Of a stretch of 64,000 nucleotides of DNA, positions 11,915-23,399 are shown piece after piece; within the stretch, counting starts at the first letter, position 1; each line of letters begins with the position of its first letter. The notes beneath the pieces are model-generated. The model saw only the letters and a list, made by a program, of their open reading frames with translations, searched no databases and was not told the origin of the DNA. Position numbers and translations under genes: made by a program. The DNA comes from Amphiscolops sp. MND2022. Its lineage: Eukaryota. The stretch is taken from contig OZ076420.1 of assembly GCA_964187785.1 (NCBI GenBank), positions 7,502,001 to 7,566,000 on the forward strand, in the 5' to 3' direction.

Positions 11915-12270
11915 CGTATGATCCGCTGCCGCTCGTGAATGATTGAATAGAATAAGTACAGCGACTAATTTCCAATTCAATCTTGCTGACTGCGCCAAAT
12001 GTCACGTTCCGAGAGGGAAAACTATATGTAAAATATATTTATTCCCAAGCAATACATAAAAGCGACTTGATCATATACAACACTGAAATCAATCACAAAT
12101 CAAAGCAATCACACTACATTCCAACATAAAGGCCAATACACAACAATACCATTTGGCTTAATTTTTTCGTCGAGTCATTTGGCTTAAAAATTTTGAGCCA
12201 AGTGACCACAAATTTAAGCCAACTCCATTCCAACTCAAGGAATAAATATGTCAACTCCCGGAATATCATA

Positions 12271-12520
12271 ATGTGGGGCAAATGCGGTGTATGCACGCTC
12301 GCCCTCACCGTCGCAAAGACCAGCTCCCACTACGATCGCTTCGCGATCTTCGTTCCCGCTAGGTCTTTTCTCCTGTTCGACCTCGCTTAGCAAGATGGGA
12401 ATATAAGCGGCCCCAAGGGGCCGCAGGGCACTAGAGGAAATGGGGACATATCCGAGGGGTACTCAATATGCCATGTTATAATAATACGCTGACTACGTTA
12501 TAAAGATAATTTCGACAAAA
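12271..12520 (+). mobile_element. Repeat with Helitron-like 3' hairpin plus CTAG; second copy at 18183-18370
   Basis: Perfect 8-bp stem GCGGCCCC-AA-GGGGCCGC (12407-24), then CTAG at 12431-34; also shares gggcactag and ctgactacgttataaa with the 8067 MITE. Confidence 0.55.
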
Positions 12521-12688
12521 TCTGCCACGTGTTTTCTACTAAGTGGTTTTAAGTCAAATGACTTTAAGCCAAGTGACAAATACCCGAGACACTTGGCTTA
12601 AAAAAATTAAGACAAGTGACCAATTGTATTAAGCCAAATGACTTTAAGCCAAGTGGCATTAAGCCAAGTGACCATTTACCCTGAAGTC

Positions 12689-12835
12689 CAGGGTGGGTAG
12701 GTCTAGTTTCATTAATCTTTGTTCATAAGGGAGAGATGCGAGAGAAGGGATGAGTCTTGTCGCTCGTCTCTGGGCATTTTCGAGGATACTTCTGTGTTTT
12801 TGGAAATGTGGATGCCATGCTTGGTTACAATATTC
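12689..12835 (-). mobile_element. CR1 LINE fragment (upstream part of the split element)
   Basis: EYCNQAWHPHFQKHRSILENAQRRATRLIPSLASLPYEQRLMKLDLPTLDFR; the target duplication is shared with 7302-7309. Confidence 0.88.
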
Positions 12836-12839
12836 AGAT

Positions 12840-12960
12840 GGCTGTAAATAGGTAGAATTTTTCTGGTCCAAAGGACAGAGGTTGAACCTTTTGATCGAAT
12901 TGCAGGGATCGAAAGGAATGCGGTCGAATTTTATCGTATTTGTTGTATGGCTCGGTCGCA
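12840..12960. mobile_element. Truncated copy of the same Mutator-like MITE (left end)
   Basis: Near-identical to 8071-8190 (ggctgtaaatagg...tttgatcgaattgcag...gctcggtcgc). Confidence 0.8.
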
Positions 12961-13209
12961 TACATATATTTAGGGAAGACGACACAAATTACTGTCACTA
13001 CTCAAAAAAGACACTATCCCTGTCGACAGACAGAACCAAAACAACCAAAAAACTACGCTTTATCGAGTTGCAAAGAAGGCAGTCTCGTATATATATTAAT
13101 TAGGTCCTAGGTGTCCCAGTTTGTACATTTTTTCTAAAAACTGGAACAATAAATTATCCAAACTGGTCATCTTTCACACAAGATCCTGAGAGCTCCACCG
13201 CCTTAGATC

Positions 13210-16200
13210 TGATATGTATACTGATTTATGTCTTTATATATATTGCTGTAATCGATGTTTTATTTTAGATGTCGATGTCCCTTTGATGTACGCAGTCTAG
13301 TGAATAGATTTTATAGTGTTTTGACATGCAGGAAACGCGACAATTGGTGTCCAGACTAGGATAAAATTTAGGGTTAGCATGCTTAAATTTATTTCTGCCA
13401 GTTCTCTGTACAAATCAGTTGAAGATCTTCAAATCAGTTTGCGTAAACAACTACGCGAACTCGTCCACGCCGGTCCCGGTTTTAACCTGATTACAAAATC
13501 CGTGAACAAGTCACAACACGTTTTCAATTATCTAAAGTATGAAGAACTGAAAAATAACGATTATAATTCTCTGGCACGATCTGATTACAAATAGTATCAC
13601 ATCACACAAAGTAACAACTATCAACCTCGAATTGTAACTCAGCTGGTGACTTCACTGAGAAGTCTCAAAAACTTATGCGGCATAGTTTATTGTCACCATT
13701 CAGGGTCCCCGATTATCTTTGAAGACTTGAGAACATTGGACTGTCCAATTATCTAAGTCACGACTTATATTTTGAGCAAGTCAGAGCAGCGCAGTCTCGT
13801 CGAGAAATACAAAGCCTAACATCAATCCAGCGATCTCGAGCCCAGATCTCTAGGTGTAGTCCTACTTTATTACCCGACTTTGAGGAAGATCTTGAATACA
13901 AGAGGCGCAAAGCGAAGAACAGAGAGGCTACACGAAAAAGAGAAGACAATTAAAAGTGAGCTTCCAGTCTCGCACTCAGAGCAGCTGTTGTTAACTCTTT
14001 ATAGCTTTTTGGACCAATGTGAGCTTTTAAAGTCTTGGACTCAAAGCCCCGTTAGTAATTCTTCGCCATTAGGATGCAAATTGTTTGAATCGTGTTTTTT
14101 TTCAAGTCATCACCAAAAAATGGGTAAAACGGAATGGAACCTCAAGGAACACGATCATGCACTTATGTGGCTCAAGGAGTTCGAGGCGCGAGCGCGTGTT
14201 GAAAAGAAAACGGACATCGACACAACATCTGAAAGTAGTGGACCGCCAGCTGTCGCTGCCATAGCAAAAGTCTATCAAGTGACTGATTTCTTCATGAGCC
14301 AATGCGGCTTAGAAGCGTTGAAAAAGCTCAGTAGCCTCGTCGCGCCCAGAAACCTTGAAGACATGATATCCATAGACATCCGTAAGGATCTCATAAAATA
14401 CTTGAACCCACGAGAGAGACTGGTGGTTGCAGAACGCACTGGCTTCCTCTCAGATGTCCCAGGGGAGAGAAGAAGCAGATCCTTGCTAGGTTCCGAGAGG
14501 CTGCGCGTTATTGCAAGTTTGTCGATCTCCAAGCTTCTCTGGATCCTGAAGCTTACAATTCATCGCCGGACTACGAGACACCGAAGCCAGGCACAAGTTG
14601 CTTGAGGCAATCAGTGCAAACGACAACTTGACTGTGGAAGAACTGCTTCAGCTCATTCAAAATAGAACCCAGACCAAGAGATTTGCTGAGAGCTCAGTTC
14701 TTCAGTCAACTTCAAATGTAGTTGCATATGCGGAAAAACGTGGCCCCAATAATAAAAATCTGAGTCGCCGTCAGAAACCAGAGAGCAGTGTGATCGATGT
14801 TGACGAAAGCCATTCCACCCATTTTATGAGAGCCCTGCTAGGGATGAAAAGTGTTCCAAGTGTTCGAAGCAAGAACACTACTCCAGAATGTGCAAAGCTG
14901 AAAGACAAGGAGCTTTGCGAACTGAGGGGAAAACAAATCGAAAATCAAATGCAACAGTGTACCATACTTGTGATGAACAAGAACTCGAGGATCCCTCCTC
15001 ATCAGAAGAAACCATGTAATATGCAGAACATGTTGCAACTGTCGAAGAAGTCCAACAACTTTGGAAGCAAAGCTGAATTTCATAGCATCAAAGTCTCCAC
15101 AAACTTTCGGCGGAAAACCGGCTCTTCAATGTTGAGCACTAGCCGCTGAGGGATTGAAGCGTATGATGGACACAGATTGCTATATCTTGGTTATCTGAAG
15201 TGTGATATCCCATGGGAAAATTCATAGCGTTGTTGTTGCAGGTATCGAGTCCTAGAAAGAGTTCGGATTGATCGGCAGAGACGTGACCCGAGTTGATCAC
15301 ATCCACAACATGTCTTCATCTGATGTAAAAGTGTTGCCTGCCATTACAGGAGTTAAAACCACCATCAAACTGAAGTCTGATGCAAAACCTGTTTTTTGTC
15401 GCGCCCGGAAAGTTCCACTCGCTATGGAAACCCGAGTCAAGATTGAATTGGCGAAACTTCAGGCACAAGGACTTATTGCCCCAGTCGATCCAGGAGGTGT
15501 CATGAATGTCTTGGCCAGTCGTGTGGCAAATTGAAGAGAGACGGATCTTTTCGGCTTTGTGCAGACTTCAAAGTCCATGTAAACGATAAGATCATGACTG
15601 AAGACTACCCTCTTCTCGACATGGAAACATTATTTCACGAGCTGTATGGATCGAAGTTTTTTGTCAAGATTGACTTATCACCTGCTTATTACCAAATAAT
15701 GCTGGATAATGCAGCGCAGGACTTTTGTGTCATCAATACAACGCTCGGTATTTTCAAGTTGCTCAGACTACCTCAAGGAATAAAACACGCATCCGAAATG
15801 TTCCAGCGAACAATCGAGAACACTTTCAAAGAATTGGTTGGAACTATCTGTTTTCAGGACGACGTACTGGTTCACGGAAGAACAAAAAGGCAATGTGAGA
15901 TGCGTTGAAGGGCAGTTCAGGGTCGCCAGCAAGACAAGGGGTACACTATTAATGAAATCAAGTCTGGAAATATCATGGAGAAAATCTCTTTTCTCGGTTT
16001 CACAATTTCAGGAAGCGCGATTGAGCCCGATGATAGCCTCGTCGAAAAAGTCAGGAAAATCCATCCTCCTCAAAGTGTTAGGAAGGTAGAACAGATTTGC
16101 AGATTGGTCAACTTCTACGGCCGGTTCATCCCGAACATCACATCGAAAATTGCCCCAACATCTGAGCTGAGGAAGAGGTCGGAGGCTGAGTTCCAATGGA

Positions 16201-18151
16201 CCGAAAAATGTCAACGTGCATTAGAAAAGGCTGAGGTCTGAGCTAGCATCGAAACCTGTTGTCCAGCCCTATTCTCTGGAAAAGGAAGTAACGATAACAA
16301 CTGATGCGTCCGAGAAAGCTGTCGGCGGTGTCCTATCTCAGGAGGGGCACCCTGTAATTTATGTATCGAAGACATTGTTTCAGGCGGAACAAAGATACTC
16401 TAAGCTTGAGCGTGAAGCCCTAGCGATTGTTTTTGTGGTAAAACGCCTAAAGTAGTTTTAACTTGACCAAAAAGTCAACCTCGAAACTGATCATTGTCCT
16501 CTGGAAATCGTTTTTGCTCCAAACAAGGAACTCCCAAGAACCGTATCAGCAAGAATCACAAGATGGGCAATTTCGCTTATGGCCTTCGATTATGAGATTA
16601 AATACAGAGGAGGTTCTACGATTCCTCATTCCGACGCCATGAGTAGACTGAATTTCGATAAATATGACGACGAGTGCAATCGAGTCGACAACTTAAGTCC
16701 CAATCTTGACGAATTCTGTGTTCCTTTTGCCGAGCATAAACTAATTCTACTCGAAGAGTTGAGGAGTGAATGTGAAACCGATGAATTGGCGAAGCGAATT
16801 ATCAGGCGTGTAATCGATGGCGATTAGAAAGCATGTACTCCAGTAGAGTGTAACTTCAAAAAAGTATCTGGTTTCCTCACAGTCGAGAACGGGCTGCTGT
16901 ACAACAGAACTAGACCTTACATTTCACCAAGAATACGGAACATCGTAATTGAACAAGCTCATGACACGCATCCTGGGGTCCAGGCGACAAAAAACTTGGT
17001 GAATCGAATATCTTGGTTGGCCTGGGGCTGGAAAAGGTGTTGAAAAATTCATAAGTGCCTGCTCATATGGTGCAAAAATCCAACCACGAACTGAGAAATC
17101 GGTCGATATTTGGCCGGCTGCACAACCATGTTAGAGACTACACAGGGAGTGGGAGTATGTCCAAGAAGTTGGCAACAGTCTTCTCCTTGTCGACGCTGTT
17201 TCACGCTGGATAGAAGCGTTCATGTGCGGCAATCGGCCCACGGAAAAAAGCCATAGGATGTCTGTTCGCCATTTGTGGGAGGTTTGGGGTCCCGCACACA
17301 TTAGTTTCCAAAAAAATAGTGCCAAAGAATTTATCAACGACGAAGTTGTCACGAGGTTACAGGCTCAAGGCTGCACGAAATTGGAGAGTCCAATATAGAA
17401 TCCAAGGAGTAATGGACTTGCCGAACGGGCTGTGCAGACTTTGAAGAAAGCAATGAGGGCATGGAACACGTCTCTTAGTGAAGTTTCCATGCATTTCTGC
17501 AGCGAGTTCTGTTCACACACCGTAACACTTCTTCCGTTAGAAAAAAGACTCCCTCAGAAGTTCTGCTTGGAAGGAAAATGCGACTTCCTGCCGTCATCAA
17601 TTATTCCATCGGAGAGCGTGTTGTGTTTCGTGCTGTCACTCACTCTGCGTCTTTACCTGCGATGTATGTCGTTCGGAAGGGCAATAACACAGCATGGCTC
17701 ACTCAGGAAAGTTCAGACGGGTCTTCGAGAACAATTCTAGCAAGTACTAGCCAAATGTCTCCCTTTGCCAGTCCTACTACCGTCGCCTTGATCTAGTGAC
17801 GGCTGGATCAACTACAGATGGTACTACGACCACGGGAATGGTGGAACAACTTTCGACATGCGTTTCTATCAGAGAAATGTCTTTGGCTGTGGAGTCTTCT
17901 TCTACTCCCGAGGTCCCGATTTGGAGATCTGCACGTGTCAGGAAACCTAACCCGAGTTTCAACGACTACATTTGCAACTGACCGTGAGAACTGTTGGAAG
18001 GGGGATGAGTTGTATACTGGTTTATGTCTTTAATATATATTCCCGTAATTGATAAACGTTTTATTTTAGATGCCGATGTCCCTTTGATAGACGCAGTCTA
18101 GTGAATTCTAGCTTTTATAGAAAAGAGTTTTGACTTGCAGGAAACGCGACA
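13210..18151 (+). mobile_element. Old, decayed Ty3/Gypsy LTR retrotransposon, 4.94 kb
   Basis: Diverged LTRs 13210-13342 and 18006-18151 (TG..ACA); 5-bp TSD AGATC; PBS-like TGGTGTCC; PPT GGAAGGGGGA; fragmented gag, RT (RLCADFK, KIDLSPAYYQ, FQDDVLV), RNase H (TTDASEK) and integrase with many stops and frameshifts. Confidence 0.92.
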
Positions 18152-18182
18152 AGATCTAAAGGAATAAAATCTAAAAACTGAA

Positions 18183-18370
18183 ATGTGGGGCATATCTGGT
18201 GTATGTACGCTCGCCCTCACCGTGGCAAAGACCAGCTGCAACTACGATCGCTCCGCGATCTCCGTTTCCGCTAGGTTTTTGCTCATGTTCGACCTCGCTT
18301 AGTAAGATGGGAACATAAGCGGTCCCGAGGGGCCGAGGGTCACTAGAAAAAATGGGGAAATATGCGAGGC
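18183..18370 (+). mobile_element. Second copy of the hairpin-CTAG repeat (see 12271)
   Basis: Aligns along its length with 12271-12455; CTAG at 18343-46. Confidence 0.6.
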
Positions 18371-18599
18371 ACGTTTTATACTTCGCATCATTCCTACATT
18401 ATTAGTCTTTTTTTTTCTTGAATTGATAATTTTTACAATCTGGTATTCTACAAATTGGACCTAATTCAAATAATATCATGGTCCAGTGCGCAGAAAAATA
18501 TTCTACACGCTGGACCTCTCTTTTCTACAAACTGGATTTATACAAACGGGTTCCATACTAGATACATTCTGATTTTGTACGCTGTGTTGGCGTTCTGCA

Positions 18600-20648
18600 T
18601 GTCACGACCCGCTCCCGGTCGGGATTTCACTTGCTGTGGAGGAATTCCGCAATTCTCACGAGGAAAGGGCCATGGCAAAGCCATACAACACTAAGTAAAC
18701 TCTATTCTATTTAATGTCTAACCTTTTATCCAAACAGCAGCACGAATTAAGTTTAACTGAAGCGTAACGTAAGATATCCAAAAATGATTCTAGACAAAAG
18801 AGAATTTCCGGTTTAATGATTTCACGCGCAATTATTTTATCACTTCCGGTTTTACTAATGAAAGTTCCATGCCAATCTAAATATCAAAAAGGAAACATTC
18901 TTAACATAGGGATCAGTTTTCTCCTCTCCACACTAAAATGAAAACATTAAAACATAATTTAATTCCGTGATCCCAACGGAACGCATGTGATCTAAAATGA
19001 AAGGAACATGAAAATAATTTAGTGGACTTGTTCTCAAAGTCTGAAGTAGTTGTAAAAAGCCACTCAAATTACAGTCAAGTAATCTGAATAAACCTTTACA
19101 ACGTTATGACAACGTCACTCAGATAAACAAGCTACTGGTATTTCTAATTTTACGGACCAATAGCGTCGCTGCTAAGGCCGGCATATTTGCGCTCAAGCTA
19201 GTAAGGACCATCCTAGTGACGTCATCAAGAATGAATTTAAAGATGGCGAACTACTCCGTTCTAGCTCCGCTAGCAGCTAAGAATGTTATAGCTAATCTTA
19301 ATACGTACGGGGCGCTTACGGGAAGGATTGAAAATTAATGAAGCTATACCTAATGTTAATACATGTAAAACAACTATGGAAAAATCTGAAACCTAGAAAC
19401 TATTGTAATACATCAAAACATTCCTAAGAACATGTAGAATTGTACTAAAATGTTCAAAACGTCACAATGTTAAGTTTTTTCCAATCCGGATTTCTCCCGT
19501 TTAGCAACTAATTGGAACATTCGTGCTGTTGGATTGAAATAAAGGTAAACTATTTGACGAAAGGCGCTTCTCCCTATTTTCCGAAAAGATTGATTGATAT
19601 TCTTAATACGTTATGAAAACGTTGCTTCATATAATGCATCATTTAAAGTTATGTAGAATTGGTTCATGTAAAATAGATAGAGTATTGTTAAAAGTTTTCT
19701 GATTTATAATAATCAGGTTTTGGTTTATGTTCATCATCTTTTTCAGCATTATTTGTTCCCTCTCAGATACCTCGGTTCGTTAATCCAAAATTCGTCCGAG
19801 ATATTTCCGTAGCAATTTTTGCTTGTCATACTTTTGTCGCGAGATGAAAACTTTGCCATTCATAAACTGAATCATCGTTCACGCCCGCGTGCTTTCCGCG
19901 ATGAAGTTTCAACTAGACCTTTATTTTGCCGCCTTTTCTGCGATCAAACCGGAAATAAGATCGTTGAACAAAAGTAGTTTCAACAAACACTCCGTAAAGG
20001 AGTCGTGACTAGGAATTTTAAATTATGAACAATTAATCAAAGAGCTGAAATGATGAGGATGATTAAGCAATTTTCATCAACAAAACAGATTTTAAAGATT
20101 CCTAGGAACTTTTAGGTGAGGAACAAATGATGCTGAGAAGGTATATATAGCTGTAGATATCATGTAAAATCAATCAATTCTTTTGCTTTCATACTATCAA
20201 CTTGTTCCGTTGCATTAACGAAAACATTTTTCTCAGACGAATTTACATATTCCTGAAGATCTTCAATCTTAAACTTTGAAAGATGACTACGAGAAGCCAA
20301 AAAAGAAAAGCAGCTGAGGAACTAGTGTCTACCGAAGTTGAAACACCACTACCTGAGATTAGTCAAAACGAGAATCCCGTAGCGGGAACGAGTAAATCTC
20401 CTAGAGTCATTTCTGAAAATCTAGAGGATATTAAAACAACTTGTCCGATCTTACTAAAATTTTAGCTGAAAACCAAAAGGAGATGCTAAAACTAATAGCT
20501 CCTTCTATCAAAAAGCAAACCTTCATAACAGCTGTTGGAGAAACAGATTCTGAACCTGAAAACATCCCGGAAAATGCAACTTCAACACCGATCAAAAATA
20601 AAACCACTGCGACTACTCGTAAAATTACACCGGTGAATAGTCGTAACA
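18600..20648 (+). mobile_element. Solo LTR, 2049 bp, containing the start of an ORF (MTTRSQKRKAAEEL...)
   Basis: Terminal IR TGTCACGAC / GTCGTAACA; 5-bp TSD CTGCA (18595-99, 20649-53); no internal retroelement domains; the ORF from 20283 runs (with one frameshift) to the LTR end. Confidence 0.85.
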
Positions 20649-20649
20649 C

Positions 20650-22760
20650 TGCAACTTGCGCATTTACTGATAAACAACTTCAAGGACATGTTTTCCGTCT
20701 TTGACGTGCTAATTCAATGACTGAATTGGCAACCTCGTTTGCTCCTTAGTAGGTTGTTTGTCTTTTGCAGCCATCAGCTGACAGCCTTTCAAAGTTTGCG
20801 CATGCAGAGCGTACTTTGTTTTGAAAATTCGACGTTTGTCCTTTCAGATTCTTCGCATCTACAAAACAATTTCCTCTCTTTTGGATCCTGAAGGTCCTAG
20901 GGTTTCTCTCACAGCGGACACCTGCTGGTGGACAGTATGAAGAATATAATTCTGCATTAGATTTTTCCGCATATGATTCAGAATCAGTTGCTTTTTCTTC
21001 CTTTTCATCGTCTGTGACATCTTTCCCGAGATGCTTTGATGGCTATGTTGGTCCTCATTTTTGTCTGCATTGGTTTCAGTTTCTCTTTCGACGTCTGTTC
21101 AATTTTTGTACTGAAATACTTCCGGGAAAAAAATCGAACAAAAGATATTTTCTGAGAACAGCAGTTCAGACTTTTCAACTAATGAAAGTTTCACAGGCCA
21201 AAATTTCCTTTTTGTTGTTTGTGAGACCAATTTTACAAACGTTCATGTACTAGAGGTCTAGCTCAATTGAGTGATCACACTTCAAAACAATTGGCGAGCT
21301 CCTTAAATCCAGAGAGCACACTTCGAAATTTTACCAACAGACTGGCATCTGTTTAAGTTGCACATCAATCTCATTCAATAACTGCATGTTGAAGTACTAA
21401 TGCGAGATAACTTGGACATCCCTGGTGCAGCTTCTCCCTCCGGTCACTGAGAAAAAGTGTTGTTCTTTTTCAGCTTGTTCTGATACTGCATTTTCTTATA
21501 TTTTCACCCAACAGATGCATAAGTGCTTCCGATTATAACTAAAATAGGCGCAAAAATTCTTGAACTGTGTATTGCTCTTGCCCTATTTTGGCACTGTGTC
21601 CTGTCCGGCTAATGCATACCGATTGCAGGTCCTCGGGAACAAAGTTGTTTCTTTGCTGCAAGGAATCCCAAGCATTTCGAACAGAAATGGTGCCAAAAAG
21701 GAATGCATCAATTAGAAGATACCTGGAAATTACCTTCTTCAGGTATGTAGACACTGCTGTCAGCTTCTCTCTTTTTGACGTTGTGAAAACAAGTTGAGGC
21801 TTTAACTGTAGTTTTTTCTCGAACTGGGCATCAATCCGTTCAATCATCTGAAACTCTTTGTCTTCGAATTACACATAAAAGTTTTGTACTTATGAGAAGC
21901 CTTAAGTTTGAACAACTTGATGACCTTGTTGGGTCCAGCTTCTCTCAGGTTCTTCATTTGTGCTTTGAGCAGGCCTCAGGCACGAGGATTGGTTCGAGAA
22001 GGGACAATAAAGAAGACAGTGTTCATTTATTCTTGAAGCCTCAAGTAGCAGAGCGTATCTGCATCCCAAGATTCCACTAAGTGTATCAGCTTCTATAATC
22101 TAGAAAGCCTTTGATTTGGAATAGCACTTTTTGCCATTACATTGGATGTAACTTTCTCTTCGGACTGTAACTGCTAGCCGTATAGTTTTGAAAGATCTCT
22201 GTTTTTGAATTGCGGTTTTTAAATTTCTCTGAACTGTTTCTCAATTGGGATCCGCCATGATTCCGGACAAAATTTTTGTACTTCCCCAAAATGTTGGCAA
22301 TTGCACTGGCCTCCTGCGTTTTTTCAACCTTGGCAAGCTCAACATGTGCCAGAAACTTCCTGCCATCTTTTTTTTTCCAATTTAAGACAGCGATAATTCT
22401 GATGATTTGCTTTGGTGGGCTTAGTGCTGACAAATCTGATTAGGCAAACATGGCACTCAAAAACAGGCTTTCTGCAATTTTTGGTGCGGTAAATTGATAA
22501 GTAAAAAATCTTTTGTTGTTTGTTAAGGTCGTGACTCTCAGATGTTCTCTCATTGATGTGACCTTGGAACTGCAAAGAAAACATCTCTGTTTTCTAGGTT
22601 GTTTCGAACAATTTTTTAAATCTTTTGCGAGCTCTTTTTGACGCCTTCTTTTGGATTCCCATTTCAACTAGTACTGGGCTGCTCGGAAGTGTTGATCGCA
22701 TTTGGCTCTGATCTTTAATTGGCAAGTAAATGAGGAAATTCTCTTATCCGGATTCTGTGA
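20650..22760 (-). pseudogene. Degenerate gene: N-terminal C2H2-like finger plus possible tyrosine-recombinase domain (YR/Crypton-like element relic)
   Basis: CFLCSSKVTSMREHL (~22590); downstream fragments in YR-like order: SRTGHSAKI, FFSVTGG, KFRS, ELAN..CDHS...YM (~21300-21245). Many stops and frameshifts; motif match judged by eye only. Confidence 0.4.
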
Positions 22761-23399
22761 GAGTTAATTTGTTCTACATTTTCATGATGGCTTCATCAAT
22801 CATACGCTGGGTAAACAATCCGCAATTGAATGAATCGTCATTAATTTCCGCAATAATCCTTGAATTCTAAGAAAAAACATAATCAGAAATTGATGCAAAA
22901 TAGCGAGATAAAAGCAAAATATGAAACCAGAACGACCGCTAGGACGTACCCGAACCAGGCGTGCGTAGGGCTGCACAATCACGTTGTCAATGCCGCAGGT
23001 GAAGGCACTTTAAAGCGTTCAAGTTCCCGAAACTGCTAACTAATCTGTATTTTCGTGTCTCAGCGCTTCTAGAAAACTTGATCATGTTTAATTCTATTGA
23101 GCCAAAATGAGCAAGAAAGTTTTGGTTGAATGGAATGTTGTCCAAATGAAAGTAAAAGAACATTTGTTTGGCTGCCCTCACTAACAGCAGTACTATAACT
23201 ACGGTTTGTTAACCCGTAGAGACTCCCTGTGGATGTTGGATACGCTCTGTAGCTTAAACGCCTAACATATCGTATATACTCAGCATATATAAAAATAGAG
23301 TAATCATTTATACAAATATACATAGAGTTCTATTTTATATACAATTTCTACATATACAATGTGCTACAGCCCCTATTTGCGGAAGGATGTATTCCAATC

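Larger units (their letters stand above)
7336..12145 (-). mobile_element. Young Ty3/Gypsy (Mag-like) LTR retrotransposon, 4.81 kb
   Basis: 146-bp LTRs (12000-12145 and 7336-7481) with TGT..ACA ends and 1 mismatch; 5-bp TSD ATACC; PBS TGGCGCAGTCAGCAAGATT resembling a tRNA-Ser 3' end; PPT GAATGGGAGGAA next to the 3' LTR. Confidence 0.97.
7310..12680. mobile_element. Non-autonomous TIR DNA transposon (GG...CC ends; Merlin- or Mutator-like) hosting the Gypsy insertion
   Basis: Imperfect 22-bp TIR GGTTACCAGTCACTTGGCTTAA / GGTAAATGGTCACTTGGCTTAA; TSD CTGAAGTC at 7302-09 and 12681-88 (a 9-bp reading is also possible); many subterminal TTAAGCCAAGTGAC repeats at 12150-12680. Confidence 0.8.

Noticed and set aside
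13670-13745. Possible Helitron Rep/helicase fragment (QGP..FEDLRT) in the old Gypsy leader
   Set aside because: Only ~10 residues across a frameshift, with no other Helitron motifs nearby.
18400-18599. Possible PHD-like Cys cluster at the 3' end of the putative YR element
   Set aside because: Cys/His spacing could not be recovered in any single frame.
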